64,000 bases of DNA, taken from the NCBI GenBank assembly GCA_034434815.1, contig DAOTYO010000053.1:201-64200 (forward strand), in the 5' to 3' direction. Position 1 is the first letter of the stretch. Each line of letters opens with the position of its first letter. The translations under genes and the position numbers were made by a program. Shown here one piece after another: positions 48,743 to 57,305 of this stretch. Source of the stretch: Dehalococcoidia bacterium. GTDB lineage: Bacteria > Chloroflexota > Dehalococcoidia > SZUA-161 > SpSt-899. The notes under the pieces are model-generated. The model did not search any database. It saw only the letters and a program-made list of their open reading frames with translations, and was not told where the DNA came from.

Positions 48743-49900
48743 ATGAAGAGGATCTATCTCGACCATGCCGCCACCACCCCCACCCACCCCAAGGTCATCG
48801 AGGCGATGCTTCCCTTTTTCACCGAGCGGTTCGGGAACCCTTCTAGCATCCACTCCTTCGGGCAAGAGGCGCGGGTCGCCGTGGACGAAGCCCGAGAGCA
48901 CGTGGCCGCGCTGATCGGGGCGCGCGCCGATGAGATCGTCTTCACCAGCGGCGGCACGGAGGCGGATAACTTCGCCCTCAAGGGGATTCTCTACGCCAGC
49001 GAATCCAGAGGCAACCACATTATCACCAGCCGGATCGAACACCATGCCGTGATCGAGGCCTGCAAATTCCTATCTCGGCACGGCGCCGAGATCACCTATC
49101 TTCCCGTGGATCAATACGGCCTCGTCGATCCCGATGAGGTCCGGAAGGCCATCACGCCGCGAACGGTGCTCATCTCCATCATGCACGCCAACAACGAGGT
49201 GGGCACGATCGAACCGATCGCCGAGATCGGCAAGATCGCCCGGGAACACGGGATTCCCTTCCACACCGATGCGGTGCAAACGGTCGGCCACATTCCGATC
49301 GACGTGAACGAACTGAATGTGGACCTTCTGGCCGTCTCCGCCCACAAGCTCTACGGGCCGAAGGGGGTGGGGGCGCTCTACGTTCGCAAGGGAACGAAGA
49401 TCGTCCCGTTTCTGCATGGTGGTGAGCAGGAGCGCCGGAGGCGGGCCGGTACGGAAAACGTGCCGGGGATTGTGGGATTGGGGAAAGCCGCTCAGCTCGC
49501 CCGGGCGGAACTGGAAAAGGAAATGAACCGGCTGATCCCCCTTCGCAACCGGCTCATCGAGGGGCTCAGGGCCCGCATTGAATACCTCACCCTGAACGGG
49601 CATCCCACACAGCGCCTTCCCAACAACGTGAACGTGTCCATGGACTTCATCGAAGGGGAATCGGTGATCATCAATCTGGATCTGGCAGGCATTGCCGCAT
49701 CCACCGGATCGGCCTGCAGCTCCGCGGATGCCGAACCCTCTCACGTGTTACTCGCTCTGGGCATCCCGCGCCCGCGGGCGCACAGCTCCGTTCGTTTCAC
49801 CTTGGGCCGGGACACAACTCCAGAGGAAATCGAGCAGGTCATCGAGATTCTGCCCCCCATCGTATCACGTCTGAGGGCCATGTCCCCACTGCTCAAATAA
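48743..49900 (+). CDS. cysteine desulfurase (NifS/IscS class, PLP-dependent)
   Basis: Start at MKRIYLDHAATTP (frame taken from the ORF track; my base count near 48720 is off by 1); PLP lysine region SAHKLYGPKG; catalytic Cys loop ASTGSACSS. Confidence 0.9.
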   Translation: MKRIYLDHAATTPTHPKVIEAMLPFFTERFGNPSSIHSFGQEARVAVDEAREHVAALIGARADEIVFTSGGTEADNFALKGILYASESRGNHIITSRIEHHAVIEACKFLSRHGAEITYLPVDQYGLVDPDEVRKAITPRTVLISIMHANNEVGTIEPIAEIGKIAREHGIPFHTDAVQTVGHIPIDVNELNVDLLAVSAHKLYGPKGVGALYVRKGTKIVPFLHGGEQERRRRAGTENVPGIVGLGKAAQLARAELEKEMNRLIPLRNRLIEGLRARIEYLTLNGHPTQRLPNNVNVSMDFIEGESVIINLDLAGIAASTGSACSSADAEPSHVLLALGIPRPRAHSSVRFTLGRDTTPEEIEQVIEILPPIVSRLRAMSPLLK

Positions 49901-49902
49901 TC

Positions 49903-50118
49903 CCAAAAACAGCGATTGAAGAATAGAGTGCACAAGATACCACTCTCGGGGGATTGGGGGTGTCCTCCAAGAAAACCCTTTGGGCGGGTGGGTGGGATGG
50001 GAGAAGCCGGATCGTTCATGGGGTGTGGGGGAATTCCGGGACAAGGTCCGTAGTGAGGTGATCAAGGTCATTCACCCTGAGGGTGAAGGCTCCAAAGGGG
50101 AATCGTCTTTTCGGAATA
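49903..50118 (-). repeat. copy C of the ~205-bp repeat family (reverse orientation)
   Basis: Reverse complement carries the TTGGAGCCTTCACCCTCAGGGTGAA hairpin, CACCCCATGAACGATCCGGCTTCTCCCATCCCA core and TTCTTCAATCGCTGTTTTTGG end. Confidence 0.75.
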
Positions 50119-50146
50119 ACGTGGCGGATTTCTTCCGGGGGGGATC

Positions 50147-51649
50147 TCAGGAGGACGCCTTCCGCTGCTCGCGAAGCTTCTCCGTGATCTTGCGGTAATG
50201 AAGTCCGTAGACGGCCAGAGTGGCCGCTTCGGTGAACGCCCGCCGATGTTTGAGGGCAACCTTCGTCATGAGGCGCCAGTAGTAGAGGCGAGACTTCTCC
50301 ACCACTCCCAGATACCACAGGGATTGGATGAAGCCCTTGATTTCGTTGAAACGCAACATCCGCCGCTTGCGCTTGGGCGGTTTGTATTCTTGGAGGAAGG
50401 TCATGATCCTTTCATAGTAGACCTTGGGGGAATAGATCGTCTGCAGGATTCGATGGTATCCATCAACGAGCACCTGACGATCCATCTTGGGAACGAAGTT
50501 GAGCGTTCCATCGGTGTTGTTCCCCGAACTCATCTTGACCAGACGGCCCTCCGACTTGAGCCGATTGTAGAGCTTCGTCTTGGGGAGAGCGGTGAGCACT
50601 CCCACCATCGCCGTGACCACCCCTGATTTCTGGATGAAGTTGATCTGGCTCTCGAATATCGAAGGCGGGTCGCTATCGAACCCGACAATAAATCCGCCCA
50701 GAACCTGCAACCCGTGGTTCTGGATCTTCTTCACCGCCGCCGCCATATCCCGATTGCGGTTCTGGAACTTGTTGCATTCCGCCAAGCTCTCTTCAATGGG
50801 CGTTTCAAGGCCCACGAACACCTTGCTGAAGCCGGCCTCAACCATCGCGCGCATCAGCTCTTCGTCATCGCTCAAATTGAGCGAGGCCTCCGTGAGAAAA
50901 TTGAAGGGATACTTCGTCTTCTTCTGCCAGCGGGTGATCTTCGGCAAGAGCTCCTTCTTGACCTTGGTCTTGTTGCCGATGAAGTTATCGTCCACGATGA
51001 AGACGGATCCCCGGAACCCCGTCCGGTAGATGGCCTTCAGTTCCCGGATCACTTGAGTGGCCGTCTTGACCCGGGGAACACGCCCGTTCATGATGATGAT
51101 ATCGCAGAACTCGCAATCGAACGGGCATCCCCTCGAATACTGAAGAGGCATGGACACATACTGGGAGACCTTGATCAACTCCCAGAGCGGCACCGGCGTA
51201 TGGGTGATATCCGGGCGTTCATCCGAGATGTAAACCCGCTTAGCACAGCCCTTTTGAAAATCCGCAAGGAATTGCGGAAGCGTGGCTTCCGCCTCGCCCA
51301 GAACAAAGTGATCCACCCCCTCGAAATCCTCATAGCCGGTGGTGAACAGGGGCCCCCCCGCCACCACCCGAACCCCCAGCCGGTTGCAGCGGGCGATGAC
51401 CTCCTTGGCGGATTCGATCTGCGTGATCATCGCGCCCAAGAAGACGCAATCGGCCCACTTGAGATCCCGATCCCTGAGCGGAGAGACGTTCATATCGATG
51501 AGCCGCTTCTCCCACTCCTTCGGCAGCATGGCGGCAACGGTCAGCAAGCCCAGCGGAGGGAAAGCCGCCTTCTTGGAGATGAACTTCAAAACGTGCTTAA
51601 AGCTCCAGAACGTATCGGGATACTCGGGGTAGACAAAGAGGACTCGCAT
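50147..51649 (-). CDS. B12-binding domain radical SAM protein (class B)
   Basis: Start at MRVLFVYPEYPDTFW; N-terminal cobalamin-binding-like domain; radical-SAM CxxxCxxC (YSRGCPFDCEFCD); ~500 aa. Confidence 0.85.
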   Translation of the reverse strand: MRVLFVYPEYPDTFWSFKHVLKFISKKAAFPPLGLLTVAAMLPKEWEKRLIDMNVSPLRDRDLKWADCVFLGAMITQIESAKEVIARCNRLGVRVVAGGPLFTTGYEDFEGVDHFVLGEAEATLPQFLADFQKGCAKRVYISDERPDITHTPVPLWELIKVSQYVSMPLQYSRGCPFDCEFCDIIIMNGRVPRVKTATQVIRELKAIYRTGFRGSVFIVDDNFIGNKTKVKKELLPKITRWQKKTKYPFNFLTEASLNLSDDEELMRAMVEAGFSKVFVGLETPIEESLAECNKFQNRNRDMAAAVKKIQNHGLQVLGGFIVGFDSDPPSIFESQINFIQKSGVVTAMVGVLTALPKTKLYNRLKSEGRLVKMSSGNNTDGTLNFVPKMDRQVLVDGYHRILQTIYSPKVYYERIMTFLQEYKPPKRKRRMLRFNEIKGFIQSLWYLGVVEKSRLYYWRLMTKVALKHRRAFTEAATLAVYGLHYRKITEKLREQRKASS

Positions 51650-51938
51650 TTCCAACCTTTCAAACCAGCGCCGTTCGGTTACTATCATTGTACGCGCATT
51701 GCGTCCCCGAATACAAGGGTATCCACCCTCAAAAGAGAAGTCTTTTCCCCTCAATTTTCTTCCGGAAGCCGCCGGGAGCTTATCGGCCCGGCCTTCTACG
51801 TCCGCAGAGGTGGGGATCACAGGGCGGGCATCGCAAAAAGGCTTCTTCTGTGCATTCATAGCACGAGAACCGTTCATGATTGACAAGGATGCGCCGGAGG
51901 CCTAGAATATCCCCAACCCTCCCCGAAAGGAAAAGAAC

Positions 51939-53198
51939 ATGAAAGTGCTCGTTCTGTTTTGCTTTCTTCTGGCCTGCCCGGCGTTGCTCTTCGGGGCATG
52001 GGGGTGCGGGGGAAACGATGGGGAAAAGGAGGGCGGTAAAGCGGAGACCCCTCCATCCTCCGCAACCCTCCGCACGATTACCATCGGCAACCTTTCCGAT
52101 CTCACCGGCCCTTCGGCCTCAGCTCAGGATATCATCAATATGGCCCTCGCCGATCTCGTCAAATACTTCAACGATAACGGCTTGGTCCCCGGCGTCCGAT
52201 TGAAGATCGTCACCTACGATGGGCAGTTCGATCCGGCCAAGGATGTTCCCGGCTACGAGTGGTTGCGGTCCAACGGGGCCGATCTCATCTTCACGGCGGT
52301 CACCGGAACGCCCGTCACCCTCAAATCCCGAGCCGATCGAGACCATTGCCCCATCTTCGGCGTAAGCGGCGGCGTCGAGGAACTCTCCTCGCCGCCCGGA
52401 TATGTCTTCAACCTCGGGACGATCCCGCGGCATGAGGCGCTCAGTCTCCTCAAATGGATCGCGGAGAACGATTGGGACTACAAAACGAAGGGGCCCGCCA
52501 AGATCGGCGGGGCATCGTGGGACGAAGCCTACGCCCGATGGTGGTTCGATGCCATGAAGGATTACGCGGCCGCGCATCCGGACCAATTCCAGTGGGTGGG
52601 TGGGTATCTCGCCCCGTTCGGCACCTTCACTTGGGGTCCACAGGTGGAGGCGCTCAAAAACGTGGATTATGTGTTCCCCTGCACGTTCATGACTAGCTTT
52701 GTCCGGGAGTATCGGATGGCGGGAGGCAAGGCCAAACTCATCGGGGCCTCGACCCACGCCGCCTTCTTGGGGAACATCAGCGATGCCGGCCTCTGGCCTC
52801 AGATCAACGGCATGCTCCTCATAGGCTCCTCCCGATGGTGGAACGAGGAAGGCACCATCATCAACCTGACCAAGAAGCTCCTCACCGAGAACCATCCCGA
52901 AAAGGCCGCGGAGATCATGCGATCGGGCGTGGGATATATCACCATCGTCAATCAGTATCAAATGCTCGATCTCATTGCACAGACGGTCAAATCCGTCGGG
53001 GCCGAGAACTTCAATTCCGAGGCCCTTTACGAAACCGCTCAGTCCTATACCCTGACCATCGACGGGGCGCCCAGATACAGCTTCAGCCCGACCAAACGGT
53101 GGGCCACAAACCTGTACGCCACCTACGAGGCACGGGCCGCCGAAGAGACCCTCGTCCGGTTGCACAAGGAATGGTATCCGGCGGTGCTGGAGCCATGA
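51939..53198 (+). CDS. secreted/lipoprotein-type periplasmic substrate-binding protein (probable ABC transporter SBP)
   Basis: Signal peptide MKVLVLFCFLLACPALLFGAWGCGG; two-lobe binding-protein-like length (419 aa); family assignment uncertain. Confidence 0.55.
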   Translation: MKVLVLFCFLLACPALLFGAWGCGGNDGEKEGGKAETPPSSATLRTITIGNLSDLTGPSASAQDIINMALADLVKYFNDNGLVPGVRLKIVTYDGQFDPAKDVPGYEWLRSNGADLIFTAVTGTPVTLKSRADRDHCPIFGVSGGVEELSSPPGYVFNLGTIPRHEALSLLKWIAENDWDYKTKGPAKIGGASWDEAYARWWFDAMKDYAAAHPDQFQWVGGYLAPFGTFTWGPQVEALKNVDYVFPCTFMTSFVREYRMAGGKAKLIGASTHAAFLGNISDAGLWPQINGMLLIGSSRWWNEEGTIINLTKKLLTENHPEKAAEIMRSGVGYITIVNQYQMLDLIAQTVKSVGAENFNSEALYETAQSYTLTIDGAPRYSFSPTKRWATNLYATYEARAAEETLVRLHKEWYPAVLEP

Positions 53199-53228
53199 AT
53201 ATCGAATGTTGCTCGAGGAGGAAAAGCC

Positions 53229-53693
53229 ATGGCCCGATTCAGCAGAAAAGAGGTCCGTCAGGCGGTGGAACACTATCTCGAAGTGCGGAAAAAGATCGAA
53301 GCCGGACAACTGGGATGGGAGGCTCTGGCCGATCTCTTCACGGAGGACGCCACATACATCGATCCGGCATGGGGACGCTTTGTGGGCAGAGAAGCGATCG
53401 CCCGGTTTCAAAGGGACAGCATGCAGGGGCTCGAAGACTGGACCTTTCCCATCGAGTGGATCACCATCGACGGCAACCGCGTGATCATCAAGTTCTGGAA
53501 CCGGCTCCCCGGTCGGCGGCCGGATGGCTCATACTATCAGGCCCCCGGGATTCAGGTACTGATCTATGCCGGAGACGGGAAGTTCTCCTTCGATGAAGAT
53601 CTCCTGAATATGGTGCACGTGATGGAATTGATTCAGGAATCGGGATGGAAGCCCGGGCCGAACGTCAAGATGCCGGAGAAGGTCGTTCGGTAG
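53229..53693 (+). CDS. NTF2-like / SnoaL-like domain protein
   Basis: 154 aa; cone-shaped alpha+beta-fold pattern (VEHYLEVRKKIEAGQLG...TEDATYIDPAWGRFVGREAI). Confidence 0.65.
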   Translation: MARFSRKEVRQAVEHYLEVRKKIEAGQLGWEALADLFTEDATYIDPAWGRFVGREAIARFQRDSMQGLEDWTFPIEWITIDGNRVIIKFWNRLPGRRPDGSYYQAPGIQVLIYAGDGKFSFDEDLLNMVHVMELIQESGWKPGPNVKMPEKVVR

Positions 53694-53736
53694 ATCCCGG
53701 GGCAAAGCTTCCCCAGCGCAAACACCGCGCTCGACT

Positions 53737-54741
53737 TCAGGGCGGCAATAGGGGCGGGGGCAACTCTCCGATCGCCATTCGGGCCAGATCTCCGATGAAG
53801 ATCAACGGGAGATGATGCTCACTGGCCACCCCCGCAAGATTGTGAAGGCACATGGGGCATAGACACACCATCGCCTGAGCGCCGTTCTGTTTGGCATCCA
53901 CGATGTTCCGGGTCTGAAAGGGTTTCGGATCTCCGTTCCCGAGGAGAAGCATCACACCGGCACAGCACAGCGCTCCTTCCCGATCATATTCCCGATCGAC
54001 CCTCCGCACCCCTGTGAGCTCGAAAAGCTCATCAACAAAGTGCTCCTTTTCCGGGGTGTATCGGGAAGCACAGGGGCGCTGATAGGCCACGCGGAAGTTC
54101 AGCGCCCGGAGTCGATCTCTCCTCTTGTGCAGACACTCGACGAGATATTCCGATAAGTGCACGGGCCGGAAGGGCACGTCCACGCCGTACCCGGGGGCCA
54201 GCTTGGTGAGCATGGCATAACAATCATCATGGAAACACACCACCTCGTCGGCGCCGGTCATCGCCAAGCGCCCCACGAGATCCCGCGCATGTTTCCTCTG
54301 GATGCTCTCGGCCCCCCAGTGACTGAAGAGAAGCCAGCAATAATACGGCTTTCCTCCCACCCGGGGAAGATCGTAGAGGTCCCCCTCCAGAAGGCCCGCA
54401 TCCGTCTTGCCGAAAACACATGTGGTCAATATCCGGGAAGCTCTGGGGAAGCCCTTCAATTCCCCTGAGAAGGCGTATTTCGCTTCCTCGGCTCCGGCGG
54501 CTGCTTCGGTGGCGAAGACACGATACCTCTCCTGAAGCTCCGCGATCAGGTCAAAGGGATTGGCGCCTCGGGGGCAGCGCTCATTGCAAGCATAGCACGT
54601 GATACACTGGTGCAGCACCGGCGTAAGATCGCCGGCGATCATTTTCCGCATCCACTCGATGGCTTGGGGTCGGTCGGCGCGGACCCACGGGCAACGGATC
54701 AGGCATTCCCCGCAGAGATCGCATCGCTCTTTCTCGAACAC
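53737..54741 (-). CDS. Fe-S oxidoreductase with two [4Fe-4S] ferredoxin motifs and CCG domains (HdrD/GlpC-like)
   Basis: Start moved to GTG at 54741 (AGAAGG upstream) because the ORF-track start at 54813 overlaps the tRNA gene; CxxCxxCxxxCP motifs (CDLCGECLIRCP; CITCYACNERCP); C-terminal CCG-like Cys clusters. Confidence 0.7.
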   Translation of the reverse strand: MFEKERCDLCGECLIRCPWVRADRPQAIEWMRKMIAGDLTPVLHQCITCYACNERCPRGANPFDLIAELQERYRVFATEAAAGAEEAKYAFSGELKGFPRASRILTTCVFGKTDAGLLEGDLYDLPRVGGKPYYCWLLFSHWGAESIQRKHARDLVGRLAMTGADEVVCFHDDCYAMLTKLAPGYGVDVPFRPVHLSEYLVECLHKRRDRLRALNFRVAYQRPCASRYTPEKEHFVDELFELTGVRRVDREYDREGALCCAGVMLLLGNGDPKPFQTRNIVDAKQNGAQAMVCLCPMCLHNLAGVASEHHLPLIFIGDLARMAIGELPPPLLPP

Positions 54742-54785
54742 CGGGCACCTTCTATTGCCGAGGATATAATGGAAAGGAATTTTGC

Positions 54786-54862
54786 TGGTACCCCTGGTGC
54801 GATTCGAACGCACGACACGCGGTTTAGGAAACCGCTGCTCTATCCTTCTGAGCTACAGGGGC
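54786..54862 (-). tRNA. tRNA-Arg (anticodon CCU), CCA encoded
   Basis: Minus-strand sequence GCCCCTGTAGCTCAGAAGGATAGAGCAGCGGTTTCCTAAACCGCGTGTCGTGCGTTCGAATCGCACCAGGGGTACCA folds as a cloverleaf: 7-bp acceptor stem (G1-U72 wobble), D-arm AGCTCAGAAGGATAGAGC, anticodon stem GCGGT/ACCGC with loop TTCCTAA, T-arm GTGCGTTCGAATCGCAC. Confidence 0.85.
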
Positions 54863-55015
54863 TCGGTTTCAGAAAGGCCGGGGCGAACGAACACATGGAG
54901 AAGTGTACCGGACTACCCTTCCCGACCGCGCTTCCCTACCGGCGCGCATAGGCCTCGGCCCGCTTCGGTTCTATGATATGAGAACGGCCGCCCCTTTGTA
55001 AAGACGGGGCGTTTC

Positions 55016-55043
55016 GTAGGGGCGGTTCGCGAACCGCCCCTAC
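55016..55043. repeat. REP-like perfect palindrome GTAGGGGCGGTTCGCGAACCGCCCCTAC
   Basis: 28-bp perfect palindrome 70 bp downstream of the RAYT gene end; shares GTAGGGGCG/CGCCCCTAC termini with palindromes at 55381-55408 and 55832-55853. Confidence 0.7.
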
Positions 55044-55111
55044 AACCGTGTGCGCACCGAATTGGCCATCGCCTCATAGACCACCCCCAACTGTGGGGCC
55101 GGTGTTTTTCG

Positions 55112-55768
55112 TCAATCGAACCATTCCCTATCCGATGGGTCGATGCCGGTGGCAAGCACATTCTCGCGATCCAGATGCCACCGGAGAGGATTGGTCATGA
55201 TATATTCACGGATGCGGTCCAGCGAATCCTCGTTTCGGATGACGTGTTCGTAATAGTTGCGTTGCCAGACGGGTGTCCCCGGCATGCCGCGGCGTTCATT
55301 GATGCGTTTGGCGGCGGCGGATTTGAACCCGGCAATAAACGATGACAACGATCGTTTGGCGGGTCCCCGCGGTTGTTCTTGTAGGGGCGACCGGCCGGTC
55401 GCCCCTACGCCGGTCGCCCCTACGCCGGTCGCCCCTACGCCGGTCGCCCCTACGCCGGTCGCCCCTACGCCGGTCGCCCCTACACCGGTGGATTCCATAA
55501 TCCACACGATGCCATGAATATGATTGGGCATCACCACGAATTCATCGGCAAACAATTCGATTTCTCGACGGATGTCCGCCGAACGAAACCATTCCTCCCG
55601 CACGATGAAGCCGTATTCATTCAACCGCATTTCCCCATCCACCACCTCACCGAAAAGGTGTTCGCGGTCTTGCGTGCAGAGGGTCACAAAATAGGCACCC
55701 GCTTGCGTGTAATCGTATCCCCTCAGGCGGATGGTGTGGCGGTGATGTTTCTCAGGATCGTACCGCAT
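55112..55768 (-). CDS. REP-associated tyrosine transposase (RAYT, IS200/IS605 TnpA-like) carrying an in-frame (GVGAT)x6 repeat insertion
   Basis: Start at MRYDPEKHHRH; HuH motif VMPNHIHGIV and catalytic Tyr region WQRNYYEHVIRNEDSLDRIREYI; the 40-aa insert between them is encoded by the tandem 15-bp repeat; the upstream part of ORF 55112-56485 is read-through. Confidence 0.75.
   Translation of the reverse strand: MRYDPEKHHRHTIRLRGYDYTQAGAYFVTLCTQDREHLFGEVVDGEMRLNEYGFIVREEWFRSADIRREIELFADEFVVMPNHIHGIVWIMESTGVGATGVGATGVGATGVGATGVGATGVGATGRSPLQEQPRGPAKRSLSSFIAGFKSAAAKRINERRGMPGTPVWQRNYYEHVIRNEDSLDRIREYIMTNPLRWHLDRENVLATGIDPSDREWFD
55381..55484. repeat. REP-like palindrome GTAGGGGCGACCGGCCGGTCGCCCCTAC followed by 6 tandem copies of 15-bp unit CCGGTCGCCCCTACG
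   Basis: Perfect 28-bp palindrome at 55381-55408 whose right arm is reiterated 6 times to 55484 (last unit ...CTACA); lies inside the RAYT coding sequence, in frame. Confidence 0.8.
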
Positions 55769-55831
55769 CGCTACGCCGTCCTCGCCTTCCCCAACCGAAT
55801 AGGGGGCCGGTTCGCGTTCCAGGGGCGGTTC

Positions 55832-55853
55832 GCGAATTGCCCCTTCTTCCACG
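55832..55853. repeat. REP-like imperfect palindrome GGGGCGGTTCGCGAATTGCCCC
   Basis: Near-identical to the central part of the 55016 palindrome; lies ~65 bp upstream of the RAYT start, preceded by a second GGGGGCCGGTTCGCG motif. Confidence 0.55.
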
Positions 55854-55940
55854 ATTTTGACCTTCTCCGGGGTCAGGCTGTAGAGGCGATAGACCCCTTC
55901 ATCAATCTCAAAAGACGTACGCCCCGAAGCTCGATCATCC

Positions 55941-56711
55941 CTATGGAATGGGGGAAAGGAGTTCCTCGATCGTAGGGCAATCCGGGGGCCACCGGCCGGT
56001 TTCCTTGAGCCATTCCCGCTCGCGGTGAACAATTTCAGAGAGAGGCGGCAGGGTATCCTGCAGGGGAGCAACATGTTCAAATCGAGCATGGAGACTCTGA
56101 AGCACTCCCCGGTAGCATGCCAGCGGATCCAATCGGGCAAGAAGCCGCGAGAAGCCCTCTTCATCGGGTTCCCACCGGACTTTGATTTCTGCCAGAAGCG
56201 CCTCGGCTTCTGAAGCCAGTTGAACCGAAAGCATCCCAGAGGGGAAGGTAACTCCAAGAACGGGCGCCTCTGAACGGATCTCGTAGATCGTTCTATCCGG
56301 GATGAAACTCGCCCTGAGCTCCCCCCCGAAGGAAAAGAAGGCAATGCGCCGATCGGATCGCTCGCAAAGGACAATTCGCCCGGCGCAGACAAAGGCGGGG
56401 CTCTCCACTTCGCCTCTCCAGCGCAACATCCGCCACGATGCCATCTGCGCCTCATCCCGGAGGCAGAGATATAACGTCTCGGCACCCGAGCCGGAATCGA
56501 TGGGGAAAGGATGCAACGTAACGGTCAGCCCACCAAACCCGGGACTTCCCGGATGCGGTCGAGGTAACACCGCATAGCATTGGCCTTCCCCGTCAGAATT
56601 CTCAGACCACCATTGAGCCATCGGCAGTACTCCGCAATCGGCATAATGCCGGGAGAAATGGGGGCCCATCACCCGAATGATCCGGAACTGCCCTTCCCTT
56701 CCGGAATCCAT
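55941..56711 (-). CDS. hypothetical protein (256 aa)
   Basis: ATG overlaps the stop of the upstream membrane-protein gene (TAATG), which suggests translational coupling; no recognised motif; competes with the spurious N-terminal extension of the RAYT ORF. Confidence 0.45.
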   Translation of the reverse strand: MDSGREGQFRIIRVMGPHFSRHYADCGVLPMAQWWSENSDGEGQCYAVLPRPHPGSPGFGGLTVTLHPFPIDSGSGAETLYLCLRDEAQMASWRMLRWRGEVESPAFVCAGRIVLCERSDRRIAFFSFGGELRASFIPDRTIYEIRSEAPVLGVTFPSGMLSVQLASEAEALLAEIKVRWEPDEEGFSRLLARLDPLACYRGVLQSLHARFEHVAPLQDTLPPLSEIVHREREWLKETGRWPPDCPTIEELLSPIP

Positions 56712-57220
56712 TAGACGGCGGGAGAGGAGAATCTCCGGCAGCGTTCGGTAACCTTGGCATACCGGTTCATCTCGTGCTGGGCGATGGTGAGCGCTAGCGG
56801 TGGGATCAGGAGGAAGGCGAATACCGCGAAGATGGCATCATCCCAGCGATCGGAGACCATTCCGATGCTGCGCCAGTACACGGCATAGAACGCAAATACG
56901 GGGATGCTCAGAAACACCAAGAAGATCACGAGTAGAACATCCCCATAGAGAGGCAAATTGATCAAGCCGATATCATGAAACGAACTGAACACCGTCAAAC
57001 CGCAGAAATAGTAGATCGGGAGAAGGATCAACCATCCCACCAGAGCCACTCGCTTATCGGGAGGGGTGCCGAGTTTGGCCCTTCGAAGTTCATCAGCCGT
57101 CGTCATGTACCAGTATGCCCAGTAGATACCGGGGAGGATCAATGAAAGGAAGGCAACCAGGGCCGGATGACGATACTTCACTGTTTTCTCCCAAGCCGCA
57201 TTACACTTGATTTTCCCCAT
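56711..57220 (-). CDS. hypothetical integral membrane protein (4 TM)
   Basis: 169 aa; four hydrophobic helices (ALVAFLSLILPGIYWAYWY; LVGWLILLPIYYFCGLTVF; VLLVIFLVFLSIPVFAFYAVYW; IFAVFAFLLIPPLALTI). Confidence 0.55.
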   Translation of the reverse strand: MGKIKCNAAWEKTVKYRHPALVAFLSLILPGIYWAYWYMTTADELRRAKLGTPPDKRVALVGWLILLPIYYFCGLTVFSSFHDIGLINLPLYGDVLLVIFLVFLSIPVFAFYAVYWRSIGMVSDRWDDAIFAVFAFLLIPPLALTIAQHEMNRYAKVTERCRRFSSPAV

Positions 57221-57305
57221 GGCGCTGAACGCAGATAGGATGAACCTGAGGCATGACCACTTGGGCGATATTATACAACCTCAGGGTTCGAGGGCGCAAC
57301 ACCGC

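Noticed and set aside
55395-55484. Tandem 15-bp array as a possible CRISPR locus
   Set aside because: Units are directly adjacent with no spacers, unit length is 15 bp, and the array is in frame inside a transposase gene; this is a microsatellite/REP-arm expansion, not CRISPR.
55770-56485. N-terminal 240 codons of ORF 55112-56485 as part of the RAYT protein
   Set aside because: RAYT/IS200-like transposases are ~150-220 aa; the extension has no motifs, contains REP palindromes, and overlaps a competing ORF (55941-56711) that is TAATG-coupled to its neighbour. Start set at 55768.
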